From: the human T2T-CHM13v2.0 reference genome, Homo sapiens
DNA length: 64,000 nucleotides
Reading direction: 5' to 3' (one strand)
NCBI RefSeq assembly: GCF_009914755.1
Contig: NC_060940.1
The position numbers and the translations under genes are program-made. The first letter of the stretch is position 1, and every line of letters begins with the position of its first letter. The notes below the pieces were generated by a model, which saw nothing but the letters and a program-made list of their open reading frames with translations, made no database searches and was not told where the DNA came from. This document shows, piece by piece, positions 1 to 12,931 of the stretch.

Positions 1-384
1 GGGATCAGAGAAGAAATCATATGAGTGGGTTCCGTGGGCTGTAAATCCTGAATGCGCATGAGATGGGAAGGTCAGTAGACCAATGATTTTCTCATCATAG
101 ATTCTTGCTGTGTCAACTTGGACAAAAAACTTAATTTTCGGGGACGCTGATTCTTTTTCTCTGTAAGGAGAAGTTATTGGTCTGATGCACACAGTGGAAT
201 CAAACGGCAATTTACTTGGAATGAAAACCTCTCTCTCCCGGTGTCCTTATAGCAACCCCAGGGACAGACTCCAGTTGGCTCTATCTGTGCCTCATGTCCA
301 TCCTTTGAACCAACCACGGGCCAGTCGAATGTAGTACTCGGATTGACCAGGCACCTGAAGTCTAAGACAGCTTCCATCAGTTTC

Positions 385-600
385 CTGATAACTGGCATTT
401 ACTGAGCACTTTGTCTGCACTAGATCCTGTGTGTCATGCACACTGACTTATTTAACCTTCTGGACAACAACGTAAAATAAGCTTTAGTACAAAGAGAAGT
501 TCTATAACTTGCCTGTGGTCACATGGTTAAAAAGTGGTGAAGCTGGAATTTGTAAACAGGTTTCTTGGACTCCTAAGCCTAATTTGTAAATGCTATGTTA
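385..600 (-). mobile_element. MIR SINE fragment
   Basis: Reverse-complement MIR motifs: 'catttactgagcact', 'taacttgcctgtggtcaca', 'agctggaatttgtaaacagg'. Confidence 0.7.
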
Positions 601-734
601 TACTGACTTGGTTGCAGTATTGGTGGGAGAGGGCATCCTAAACAGCACCTGCTTGTTGCCAAGCCCTTGTGGATTTAAGCTCAGTTCCTTCCCCAGACCT
701 TGTCGTGTGAACCTCCATTCTGACTTCACATCCA

Positions 735-1232
735 TAGTAGGCAAGATAATGGCCCTCCCAAAGGTGTCCATGCTTTAGTGCCCCAGAAGCTGGGACTATG
801 TTGCCTACCTGAGGGACATTGCAGATGTGATTAAGGAGTCCTTGAGTCGGGGAGATGATTCTGAGTTATCTTGGTGGATCCACTCTAATCCAATGAGTCC
901 TTAAAATCAAAGAATTTTTTCTGGCTCAGAGAAAATGTGAAGACTGAAGAAGAGAACGGGACAGATTGCAGCATAAAAACAACTTTGTCCAGCACTGCTG
1001 GCTTTGAAGACAGAGGAGGGGCCACAAACCAAGGAACATGGGCAGTCCCAAGAAGCTGGAAAAAGTGAAGAAATGGAGTTTCCCCTGGAGCCTCTGGAAA
1101 GGAGTGCAGCCCTTCCAGTAGCTAGATGTTAGCCCAGCATCCTGTGTTGGACTTCTGATCTGCAGAACTATAAAATTTACAGATGTGTTAAGACACCGTG
1201 CTGTCGTAATTTGTTACAGTAGCAATATGAAA
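735..1232 (+). mobile_element. MLT1D-like MaLR solo LTR
   Basis: 'ataatggccctcccaaaggtgtcc', 'gcagatgtgattaagg', 'gctggctttgaagacagaggagggg', 'taatttgttacagtagcaata' match the MLT1D layout. Confidence 0.8.
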
Positions 1233-1446
1233 GGGATGTAACATTCAAGGCAGAACCAAAAACACCAGGAAATGCTGCAGCCACCACCTTCGAACCAGCT
1301 TCAAAGGTCAGCCAGTCATCAGAGTCAGAAGTTTTGTTTTGTGGGGGCGGTGGTGGTTATTGTTTTGTTTTGTTTTTTTCCTCTTTATTCTGAAAAGTGC
1401 CAGCTCTCAAGCTGGGGCAAAAATAGCTTTGTGTTGTAGCCTCAAT

Positions 1447-1794
1447 CAATAGTCCGCAACCTTTTTGGCACCAGAAACCAGTTTCATGGAAGACAATTTT
1501 TCCAGTGGGATTGGAGGAGGATGGTTTCCGGATGAAACTGTTCCACCTAAGACCATCAGGCATTAGTTCTTTAGATTCTCATAAGGAGCATGCAAGCTAG
1601 ATCCCTTGCATGCACAGTTCACAATAGGTTTTGCACCCCTATCAGGATGTACTGCCATTGCTGATCTGACAGGATACCGAGCTCAGATGGTAATGCTCGC
1701 TTGCTAGCCCACTGCTCACCTCCTGCTGTGTGGCCCAATTCCTAACAGCGTACAGACTAGTTCTGGTCCGTGGCCCGGGGGCTGGCGGCTCCTG
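1447..1794 (+). mobile_element. MER1B (hAT-Charlie MITE)
   Basis: Typical body ('gatgaaactgttccacct','ttagattctcataaggagc'), degenerate TIRs, imperfect 8-bp TSD gcctcaat/gcttaaat. Confidence 0.85.
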
Positions 1795-1978
1795 GCTTAA
1801 ATGATGAAATTTGCTGCCACTGTTTAAACACTGACTCTTTCACTTCCCCAGCCCAGCCTGTACAATCTTCTGCTTTACCTTCTTTACCTTAGCCCTTTGT
1901 CCCAGTTTGGGAACAGTGAAACTGCTGGCAATCCCAGTAATTGTCTTGAAGCAGGCAGGCAGACAGAATGGGAATTCA

Positions 1979-2270
1979 GGCCAGGGATGGTGGCTCGTGC
2001 CCGTAATCCCAGCACTTTGGGAGGCCAAGGCGGGCAGATCATGTGAGGTTGGGAGTTTGAGACCAGCCTGGCCAACATGGTGAAACCCCGTCTATACTAA
2101 AACTACAAAAATTAGGCAGGCGTGGTGGTGCGCACCTGTAATCCCAGCTATTTAGGAGGCTGAGGCAGGAGATCACTTGAACCCATGAGGCGGAGGCTGC
2201 TGTAAGCCGAGATTATGCCACTGCCCTGCAGCCTGGGCAACAGAGCAAGACTCTGTCTCAAAAAAAAAAA
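1979..2270 (+). mobile_element. AluS (Sx/Sq-like)
   Basis: Full dimeric Alu with A tail; 'agaatgggaattcag' at 1965 recurs at 2600 after the second Alu. Confidence 0.95.
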
Positions 2271-2295
2271 TTGTTTTAATTAAAGAATAATTTAA

Positions 2296-2746
<451 letters not shown>

Positions 2747-3735
2747 CTGAGTCTGCTTTTTCATTTGTAAGTTAGTGATGATATATACACCTGACCCAGG
2801 TGCTACGAAAGGACCCAGTAAGCAAATGCTGAGACAACACCCAGTCTAGGACTTGGCATCAAATAAGCAACCCTATAAATGCCAGCACCTATTACGGTTG
2901 TTGTTGTCATTTGGGTGATAATGGCACTCACCAAATTAAAGACTTTTGAGATCACTGGTATCCATATCACACTGTAAAGTAGAAAGAAGTCTATATTTTC
3001 TCAGTACCACTTTAATGTTAATTTATTACTTAAGTACCAACAAAACTTCAAACAATATTAGAGCCAGAGGAAATATTAGAGATCTTCCTCGAATGAGTTC
3101 GGTGACTTTCTAAGGGCACGCAGGGAGTTTATCGGGAAGGCCAGGGCTAGACAATCCAAGTTCCCACAGAGCTGATAATGAGCCAGAAGTGGGCCCCCTA
3201 CACACAGGCATACCTACTTAGCCCCATCTGTATATCCCAAACTCACACAGCCTCTTTAATAATCCTCTTAATAGCAGTGATAACTAAACATATTCAGCTT
3301 TAATCACACTTGCACGCATGCCTTCTTCCTTAAATCTAAGTAATATCCCTGCAGCTATTCCAAAAGGAACACTATAACTGGCTATTTGACATAATAAGGA
3401 TGAGGAAATTTTGGTTGATCACATTTTAAATGGGAAACTGTATTTAGAGAGATTTTAAACTGCAAAATTAAAAATGCAAACGTGAAATTATTTTTCCATT
3501 AAGTCTTCTCCTTGGGGAAATCTCTTCCTCTGTTGCAGTTGGGCGGTCTGGATGGGCTGGTTACCCTTGTGTGGGGTGTATAGTTAAACATCAACTCCCA
3601 TGAGGCTCATTCTCAGGGGTTGAGATAATAGTAGTCCCTAGTGGGGTCGTCTAAGAGCCCTTGGGAGGGCACTTATCTTCATGTATATATTACATAAATC
3701 TTATTTCAAAAGGGATTTCTACTATAAATATTAGA

Positions 3736-3814
3736 CCATCTGTCTCTAAATTCTCCAACTGTTTCCATCTATCTCTAAATTTCCCAACTATCTCCATCTA
3801 TCTCTAAATTCTCT
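3736..3814. repeat. 29-bp tandem repeat, about 2.7 copies
   Basis: Unit 'ccatctrtctctaaattyyccaactrtyt' at 3736, 3765 and 3794 (partial). Confidence 0.9.
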
Positions 3815-4439
3815 GACAGTGCTGAGATGTAACGAACAGCATTAAAACACTAAGCACTGAAAAAGAGTTATCATGCTGAACACAGTGTTGTTTTTATTCT
3901 AATTTCTAAATCCATGTCTCGTTTAGCATTGGTTGTAGTCAAGAGAGAGACTGTTCAATCCCAGTCTCCCCATGCCTTTTTTCTTTGTTCATTATGGTGA
4001 AGGGATCATGGCTATATAACTGTTTAATTAGCAGGAGTCACCTTGAGAAATGTCACCAGGGTGGTCCTGCTCAGTTACTAATGGGGTAGTTATATATAAA
4101 TTGCTTGGTCCACCTGACTGAAATATAGTGGATTCAGTTTAGGGAGTATGAAAATCTCAGATTAGAAGAGAAGATGGAGGTCATTCCACCCAAACCCCCT
4201 CCCCATGAATACCTCTGTCTTTTTTTTTTTTTTCTTTTTCATTGTAGATCTAGGCGAGCTTGCTTCTTCAGGAAGTTAAGCCCCATTGTTAGGCATCTCT
4301 GAAGTACAAGCAGTACATAGTATTTATGGTTGGAGGTCAGACTCTGAAGTCCAGTGTACGTGGATTGGAATCCTAGCTTTGCAGTGTACAAGCTAATTGG
4401 ATGACATATATTAAACTTATTAACAGGCTTTGTCTTTTG

Positions 4440-5030
4440 CCCAGAAATTTTACTTCTGAAAACTAGCCTAAAAAATAATAAAACCTTAATATTTGAGTTT
4501 ATATGTATAAGGATGTTTGTTGAAGCATTGTTTTTTGTAGGTACAAAAAATAAAAGGTTAGATCTCCATTCACACTACACTGTACTACATCCATTCTAGG
4601 AAATACTATATGGCTTTAAAAAATAACTGATAATATCTATGATTTACTAGCCCAGAGCAATGTACACAGCTTACATAAAGAAATGTGCATGCCATTTTTT
4701 TGTGAAAAAAATCATAAAAATTCCCTGTGTGTGTTTTTATAGGATTCTGTAAGGATAGTAAAAGACATGGATGATCTGTACTACTGTTTTCTGAGTAATA
4801 TAAATGGAAATAGAGATTTTAATACAAGCACAAAGGAAAATTATGCATAACAGAATTTTATCTATTAAACGACCACATAAAAGAAAAATACAATATTGAT
4901 ATTGATTTTAAAAAAGATGAAAATAAATGTCAACATATTGAACATTTGGTCAGGTGATTATGGAGCGCTAATGTTTTTCTTACATTTCTGTTATTTTCAT
5001 ATGTATTTGTAATAAAATAACGTTATTAAA
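4440..5030 (+). mobile_element. Old L1M (L1ME-like) 3' fragment
   Basis: 'cccagaaattttacttct', 'aaggatgtttgttgaagcattg', 'gaaatactata' resemble the L1ME 3' UTR; highly decayed. Confidence 0.55.
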
Positions 5031-5994
5031 ATCACTTATAAAGGAAAATTAGAAACTACAGTCCTAGTTAAGTAGGAGTGCAAAAGAACTTGTGAAATGG
5101 GGTCGGGTAAGAATCTAGTGACTTCTCTGGATTTGCAAGCAGAGGGTGCCTGATGCAGACACTGAGCTGGACATGAAGCATGTTCTCTGAAGATTATTGT
5201 CTGTCTTCCTTCTAAACCCATGGCTCTGCGTACCTGTTCCTGCTGGCCCTTGAAGAGGTTCATATATTTGAAATGAGCATTTTGGGGATGTTCAGCTTGG
5301 TGCTATTCATGATAATTTGTAATAGGTTAAATGCTTTCAATTAAAGCTTAAGTCAGTGAAGCTCTCAGTTGAGAAATATCAGAAAATTGAGTGCACTGTA
5401 AAGTCAGTCTCTGTAGGTCTCCATAGCTTGAATTTTGTGGAGTCACCACTGAGCTGACCTTGTGCTGAGTTTTATGATTCTCATATTAGACACCTTCTTA
5501 CACATTCAGATGGCATTTCCAGCTGGCTGTCTAAAGTTGCTTCGTAGTCACGGAATCAGGACCCCAGAACAGAGAGCCAAAATTGAGCACTGTTTCCTGA
5601 GAGCACTGTGGCTCTGTCCTTGAGGACAGATTTGGCCTGTGTTAAGTTGTTGATGAGCAATTGTTAGGATTAATGGTCTCTGTGAGTCTACTCCTTCTAT
5701 AACCCAGCACCCAGGCTTTCACATCAACCACGCACCAACCATCACAGCAGCTGTTTTCAATCTGCCCATCATCTTAACCACACACACAAGGCTGCAGAAT
5801 TCATCTCATTAACTTCCTTATTTTGTAATGGAAGACTGAGGTTCACAGAGGGACAGTGACTTTCCCAAGTCACTCAACTGGTCCTGACAAAGAAGGACTA
5901 GCCTATGGCAATCTCAGATTGCCACCTCTATGTTGAAATGACATTTACCAGTAACTAGCCCCTTGGCAGAGAGGAACCCATCAGGCAGGCGGTC

Positions 5995-6240
5995 TGTGCA
6001 TGGTGGGTCAGAGGCAGAGCTGTGCATTCACACAGACTGGATTCAAATATCGGTTCCTTCATGTTTTAGCTTTGTGACTTTCGCTGGGTCCTTTGATGTC
6101 TCCACTCCTCCATTTCCTGTCCTCTAAAGGGGGAATGCTGGCAGTGTGTTTTCATGGGATAGTTACGAGCATTAAATAACTTTCTTCCGGTAAAGTTCTT
6201 GGTGTTGTTTCTGACATCTAATAAGCAATCAAATGTTACA
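5995..6240 (+). mobile_element. MIR (source copy of a local duplication)
   Basis: 'cagactggattcaaat', 'agctttgtgactt', 'cattaaataa', 'taagcaatcaaatgtta' follow the MIR order. Confidence 0.7.
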
Positions 6241-6470
6241 ACTGCCACCACCATGGTAGCACATCCTCTTCTGGGTAACACCTATGTTAAATCAACGTAC
6301 ATGGCTTGACTCAGGTGATATCTGTAATCTTGACTTTGTCTGTTTACATGTAACTAGGCCTCTGGTCTCTGCCATCCTATAAATCCATTCAGCCTTTCAG
6401 CCTCAGTTTCTCCTGGTAGAGCCTGGCATGGCCTGAAGGCAGCACAGTATAATAGAAATAGGAAGGTGTG

Positions 6471-7400
6471 TGTGATAGACTAAAAGATGGCTCCCCCAGA
6501 CACCCAAGTCCTGATCCTGGTACCTATGACTATGTTACCTTACACAGCAACAGAGACTTTGCTGGTGTGATTAAGTCAAGGATCTTGAGATGAGGGGTGA
6601 GGGGCTTATAAAGCGGAGTTTCCCTGCACAAGCCCTCTTCTCTTCTCTGCCGCCATGTGAGACATGCCTTTCACTTTCCACCATGATTGTGAGGCCTCTC
6701 AGCCAGATATGCTCAATTATCTAAGTTGTCCCTAAATGTAATTACAAATGTCCCTACAAGAGGGAGGCGAGTGGTATTGACTGAAGAAGAGGGAGGAGGC
6801 AATGTGATGTGGCCACTAACCCAGAAATGAATTCAGTCTCTAGAAGCAAAAAAGGCAAAATATACATTCTCTCCCGGAGCCTTTGGAAGCAGTGTGGCCC
6901 TGCTGCCACCTTAATTTTAGCACAGTGAAATGGATTTTGGACTCCTGGCCTCCAAAACTGTAAGAGAGTAACTTTGTGTTATTTCAACCTAACAGTTTGT
7001 GGTAATTTGTTAGGGCAGTCACAAGAAGCTCTGATATGGTTTAGCTGTGTCCCCACTCAAATCTCATCTTTAATTTTAGCTCCCACAATTCCCATGTGTT
7101 ATGGGAGGCACCCGGTGGGAGGTAATTGAATCATGGGGGCAGGTCTTTCCTGTGCTATGCTTGTGATAGTGAGGAAGTCTCATGAGATCTGATGGTTTTA
7201 TAAAGGGGAGTTTCCTTGCACAAGAGCTCTTCTCTTGTCTGCTGCCATGTGAGATGTGCCTTTCACCTGCTGCCATGATTGTGAAGCCTCCTCAACCACA
7301 AGGGACTGTGAGTCCATTAAACCTCTTTCTTTTGCATATTGCCCAGTCTCAGGTATGTGTTTATCAACAGTGTGAAAACAGACTAGTACAAGCTCATACA
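6471..7400 (+). mobile_element. MLT1D/C-like LTR interrupted by a THE1 fragment (6606-6705) and a full THE1 LTR (7032-7390)
   Basis: 5' 'tgtgatagactaaaagatggctcccc', 'gtgattaagtcaaggatcttgagat'; 3' 'tgtggtaatttgttagggcagtcacaagaa'; terminal 'ataca' after the THE1. Confidence 0.8.
7032..7390 (+). mobile_element. THE1 (THE1A/B-type) MaLR solo LTR
   Basis: 'tgatatggtttagctgtgtcccc'...'gtgaaaacagactagtaca'; perfect 5-bp TSD agctc (7027-7031, 7391-7395). Confidence 0.95.
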
Positions 7401-7409
7401 GTGTAGAAG

Positions 7410-7845
7410 TCACTCCTCAAAGGTGACTTCTGTCACCACCCTCACCCCAAGATTAGAAGAGTTCCCATTGCACCTTGAAATTCATTTTCAAAGCATTCAT
7501 TGCACTTGGGACTATTAGTTTAATGCCCAGCACCTGGAACCAGTGCTTGGAACATGGGAGTCCCTTAATAAAATGTTACTGGATAAATGAATATTTGTCT
7601 TCCCAGAGAGACAGTGAGCTTCCTAGAAGCCACATGCGGGCTCTTTGCTGCTGCATCCAGAGTGCCTAGCTCAGCGCTAGTGCATGGTAGGTTCTCCATA
7701 AATATTTGCTGAATGAATAAATGGCTGCTTGTCTCCTCAAGTAGCCTATCAGCTCCACATTCGCCATGTCAGTTTCTTCCTCTGCAATCTCTGCAGTGGC
7801 TTGCACCATGCCTGGTGCCTTGTAAGTTCTTTGCAAGCAATCATT
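7410..7845 (+). mobile_element. Two to three tandem L2 3'-end fragments
   Basis: L2-terminal motifs 'cccagcacctggaaccagtgcttgg', 'agtgcctagc...ataaatatttgctgaatgaat', 'catgcctggtgccttgtaag'. Confidence 0.6.
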
Positions 7846-8744
7846 GGCCATCTGCCTGAGTAGTCACGCTGGTCCGGACTTGAGCGATCCTCTCCCTCTG
7901 TCCCTTTGCACTAGAGCAGTTGTCCCATTAAGCCATGTGAACCCTACCGGTGTGTGTTATGAGCCATGCGTTGTGCCAACATCCCGGCAGACGGAATTCA
8001 GCAGTGCCACGGGAGAGAGCCAGCGGCCTCCCCTGCATCTGAGCAGCCTGGCTTGTTAGTTCCCAGTCCTTCAGCCACCAGCTGTTTCTAACACAAACTC
8101 GTGGTGACAGAGCTCTCTGTAGGAGAAGCTAACTACAATTGTCAGTCTGCAGAGCATCAGGCATCTCTAAAAGGATTCCAATTATTGTTCTGTTCTGCCT
8201 GCTCCTATTACAGTCTACCTCAACATCAGCTCTTATTCAGGGAGAGGAGAGCGAGATGCTAACTCTGTCTCCACTCACTCTTATGCCAGAGGACCAGCAG
8301 ATGCCAGCAGCTGGTGTCACGCTGGAGAAGGGTAAACATAGGTAAACTTCCCCTCAATGCGACGGCTCACTTTTCATTGGTGTGTATTGCACTTAAATGT
8401 GCTCGGAAAATCTCAACTCAGCGTGACTCGCAACCTCACCACTGAGCGGAAGATAAATACTGAGATGCCCAGAGGTGAGTCATTTTTACAGGGCATTCCC
8501 CAAAGACAAGATGGGAGGTGCCTCCCACACTCTTCACCTCCTCCTCTGTGGGCAGCAGGTCCCTGCCTGAAGCCGACAGACAGGAAGTCGGATCTGTGTA
8601 GGTAGAGTTGGCAGGTTTCTCAGCTCTCATAATAGCTCATGGGCATTGCAGTAAGGACCCAGCACAAGGAGGTGGTGGAATGGCACGGCCCACGGCTTCC
8701 TTAGTTGTGGAAGTTGTGAGGATTTAAGTATAATTTACATTATC

Positions 8745-9046
<302 letters not shown>

Positions 9047-9079
9047 ACGTTAATCTATTTTAAAAATCTAGTTGGACTT

Positions 9080-9965
9080 ATTTTTAAACTTGTTTGTCAA
9101 GGCAAAATTCACATGACATAAAAATTAACCATTTTAAAGTGAACAATTCAGTGCCATTTAGTGGATGGACAGTGTTGTATAAGGCACCACCTCTATCTAT
9201 ATTCTCATCGCCCCCAAATGAAAACCGCATACCTGTTAAGTAGTTGCTCCCCATCCTCCATCCCCCATGCCCTTTGTAATCATCTACTTTCTGTCTTTAA
9301 GGACTTACCTATTCTGGATGCTCCATACAAATGAAATATACAAAGAGGAGCGCATTAGGAAGGTGGTCTGTTCATGGTGGTTCAGAGGCAGAGCTGTGGA
9401 TTCTCACAGCCTGGATTCAAATACCAGTCCCTTCATTTTTCAGCTTTGTGATCTTGGCTAGGTTCTTTGACCTCTTCATTTTTCCTTTTCCTGTTCTACA
9501 AAGGGAAAATGCTGGCAGTGCATTTTCATGGGGCCGTTACAAGCATTAAATAACCTTCTTCAGGTAAAGTTCTTGCTGTTGAATCTGACATCAAATAAGC
9601 CATCATATGTTACAACCACTACCTCCTCTTCCTGGCTAGCACCTATGTGAAATGAATGTACATGGCTTGACTCAGGTGATGCCTGTCTTTTGTGGCCTTT
9701 TGCGATTGGCCCCTGTCACTTAGCACAATGTTGTAAGGTACGTCATAGTGTTTACTGATCCATATGATAGCAGAGGTCAGCGCTTCTTTTCATAGCTGAA
9801 TAGTATTCCACTGTATGGATAGGCCACATTTTGTTTGCCTATCCTTTCACTGATGGACATTTGAGCTGCTTCTACTTCCTCACTATTATGAGCAATGCTG
9901 CTATGAGCATGCATTTGCAAACAGTTATTCTTATTTAAATGTGAATTAGCAGTGCATATACACAC
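9080..9965 (-). mobile_element. L1MB-type 3' end, interrupted at 9344-9686
   Basis: 'aaaattcacatgacataaaaattaaccattttaaagtgaacaattcagtg'...'aatatacaa'; resumes 'tgtggccttttg...cacttagcacaatg...ctgaatagtattccactgtatggata'. Confidence 0.85.
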
Positions 9966-10119
9966 CCAAAATTGGGTCATCAAAGCCATGATTTTATTGA
10001 TAATGATCAAGGATTTCTTCTTTACACAAATTCATTAGAGCACAAATGTCAATGTCTAGGACAATTTTATAGGACAATCTGAAGAAAGCAACAGCTCAGC
10101 TGGAATGTGGATATGGTTG

Positions 10120-10240
10120 AAGTCATCAGTTTAATCATATCTGCAGAGTTTCTTTTGCCATATAAGGTAACACTCACAGGTCCTGGGAATTATTAGGATC
10201 AGGATATTGTTGGGGTCCTTTTTCAGTCTGCCATATACAC
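10120..10240 (-). mobile_element. MLT1 LTR 5' fragment
   Basis: 'ttaatcatatctgcagagtttcttttgccatataaggtaacactcacaggtcctgggaatt'. Confidence 0.7.
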
Positions 10241-10790
10241 TGTGGCCTGAAGGTTCATTAAGAGTTAACTGGGAGACCAGAGCATAAGGGGTGCTCCAGG
10301 CAGAGGGCACAGCATGTGCAGAGGCCCTGGGGCAAGAGGCAGCCTGGTATGTGCAAGAAGAAAAGAGATGCACGGCTGGAAAGAGACACAGGCTTTTATT
10401 GGCCAAATTAAGGACTTGGGTCAGCATCCAAAGGACAAAGAGATGCCACTAAAGAATCTCAAAAAAAGGAGTGATAAGTTGATTGGCATTTTAGTAGATG
10501 CTGTGGCCACATTGTAGATGGGCAAAGTAGAGGGAAATAATTGTGGATTCAGAAGAAGTTAGGAAGCTGTTGCAATAGTTCTGGTGAGAGGTGGCCAAGG
10601 CAAAGGTTAGTGTGTGACCGTGAGGACCAAAGGAAGAGGACAGTCACAGGCATCTGTGACTTACAGCTGACCAGCTCTGCTTTGCTACTTCATTCGTTGA
10701 TTCCACAAGTGCGTATTGAGATCTCAACATGGGGAAGGTGTTATGCATGGTGCTGGGAATGAAATGCTGAGCCAACTGTGCAATCCTGGA
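10240..10790 (-). mobile_element. L2 fragments
   Basis: 'ccaggcagagggcacagcatgtgcagaggccctgggg', 'ttaggaagctgttgcaatagt', 'ttcattcgttgattccacaagtgcgtattgag'. Confidence 0.65.
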
Positions 10791-10934
10791 CAGGTTAATT
10801 AACATTTAGGCCTCAGTTTCCCCAAGATATGATAATGTTCATTTTTTTTGGAGTGTCATGAATATTAAGTGAGTGAATGGAAGGAAAGAGCTTAGGACAG
10901 TGCTTGACACAGAGGAAGTATTTGGAGCAGCAAG

Positions 10935-11103
10935 CAAGAGAAAAAGAAGGAACGAAGGAAAGGAAGGAAGGGAGGGAGGGAGGGAAGGAAGGAAGGAGAG
11001 AGGAAGAGAAAGAGAAACAAAGAAAAGAAAAGGAAAAAAAGGAAAGAAGGAAAGAAGGAAGGAAAGGAAGGAAGGAAGGAAGAAAAGAAAAGAAAAGAAA
11101 GAA
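10935..11103. repeat. GA-rich low-complexity tract (GGAA/GAAA)
   Basis: About 170 bp of almost pure purine on the + strand. Confidence 0.95.
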
Positions 11104-11269
11104 ACCCATGGACACCCACAGAAACAACCACCCTGGCTTTGGCCCTCCTCTCTCTAGAGTAGTCATTGAAAAATTCACCCAGGACAACATTTGCATGAAC
11201 ACCCAGGAAATGGGTGGCATATGGCATTTGGCATTATGAGGCATTGAGAAATCCTTTCCGTAATATCCA

Positions 11270-12200
11270 CTGAGTATATACTGTGAGCCAAAACTATGAT
11301 AGCTGCTATGGGGGAAAAATGAGTAAAAACCAACAGTCATTGTCTTCATAGAGCTTACAATGTAGTTGGGGGGACCAATATTAGTCAAATAAGCATAATA
11401 AGAAAGATAGTACAAGGTAAGAGGGGGAAGACCATGTTGCAAGAGAGTCTTTGGTGGGCTGAGTTGACCTGACCACGGTAGTCATGGAAGGTCTCCTTGT
11501 GGACGTGATCCTTGGGGTGAATCAAGAGGATGAGGTGGTGTTAACTGAGCAAGAATGGGTAGAAAGAACATCACAGGGAGAGAGAAAAGGGTGAGCAAAG
11601 GTCCTGTGGCCAGTGGGAATGCAGTGAGTGTGGGTGTAGATAAGGCTGGAGAGGCCACCAAGAGCTGAACACCCATGGAACCTTGTAGAACAGGCTGATG
11701 GGTTTTGTCTTTATACTAATGGAAATGGGAAATCCTTAAAGTATATTAAGTTATATGGAGATATATACAGAGATGCATCTTTGGAAAGATGATTCTGGTT
11801 TGAGTGTTAAGGGGAGATGGAGAAGGAGATAAGAGAAATGTCCACTAGGGGACTACCATATTGGTTCAAACAAGAGACAGCAATTAGGTGGTAGAGATGG
11901 GGAGAAGGTGCCACTTCGAGGGCTGTTTAGGAGAGAAAATCAACAGCAGCACTAGTGATAAATTGAGCAGAAGAGGTAATGGAGGGTCAGGTGGCCAGGA
12001 TAACACCAGCATTTCTTGACTGGTGCAATCGAAATTGAAATGGGGATGTTGCGGATGGAGGTAACTCATGCCACAGGTGTTTCATCTTCTCAGTAAAGCA
12101 GAAGCCTGGCTCATTTGCTGAAAAAGAGTGCATTGAGAACTAAGGCAGAATTTTAAGGACGTACAAACATTTTTGAATGGCAGCTGTGGGGATTCGAGCA
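11270..12200 (-). mobile_element. L2 3' region
   Basis: 'ctgagtatatactgtgagcc', 'cttcatagagcttacaatgtag', 'gagcaaaggtcctgtggc', 'gtggtagagatggggagaag'. Confidence 0.75.
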
Positions 12201-12679
12201 ACAAGAATGACTTGCAGAAGTGATGACTTAATTGAAATCAAATTGAAATACATAGAAACCACAGATTTGGAGTAGGCATTTCATTTGATATGTCTCAAAG
12301 GCCCAGCAGGATGCTCTATCTACAAAGAAGGTACAGAATAAGTATTTGTTGAGCAAGTAGATAAAACCAAAGAGCGATTTTGCATGACTTTCCTGAGCCA
12401 ACTGGGACAATGAATTGGCTGATCTATGCACAAAAATTTGTCCTGCTATATTTCTTTCCATGGCAATCCCTGTGTAGAACTTTAGGCTGCAACCTAAAGG
12501 TGAAATGCACTTAATTTGGCTTGAATAATTTACTTGGATTCTTCCTTATCAACAAGACTTGAATATATAATGTATTTGAATTTGAATTTGGTAGTTATAT
12601 GATTGTTTAATTCTTGGGGATTGGAATATGAGGGAGATAGGAAGAAAAGGAAAAGGAACCATTTGCTCACACTCTGGCA

Positions 12680-12931
12680 GATCTAAAGAAGGTTTCATTA
12701 CTGTAGGGCTTCTCAGAACCTTCAGTACCCTAAGACAGAAGCTTCTTAGACATTATTTGTTCTACAGGAAAAAAAAGTGTTGCAAAGAATAGCTACATAT
12801 AGTTCTTATCTAATATAGTGGCATTCTATGGAAAGAAATAAATCTATATTAGATTACCTTGAATTTGAGAATATCACATTTTAGCCCCTTGGAAGGAATT
12901 GTACTCTGGAATTATATCTTTGGAATATCTG
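12680..12931. mobile_element. Ancient hAT MITE remnant (MER103-like)
   Basis: 'gggcttctcagaaccttcagta'...'tatctttggaatatctg' resembles the remembered consensus; weak. Confidence 0.35.

Noticed and set aside
7995-8025. REST/RE1-like 'ttcagca..ccacgggagagagcc'
   Set aside because: Both half-sites have mismatches and abnormal spacing; it lies in L2-like sequence.
10813-11442. 209-aa ORF and overlapping K/E/R-rich ORFs
   Set aside because: Open only because of the GA low-complexity tract and flanking MIR/L2; no protein family resemblance.
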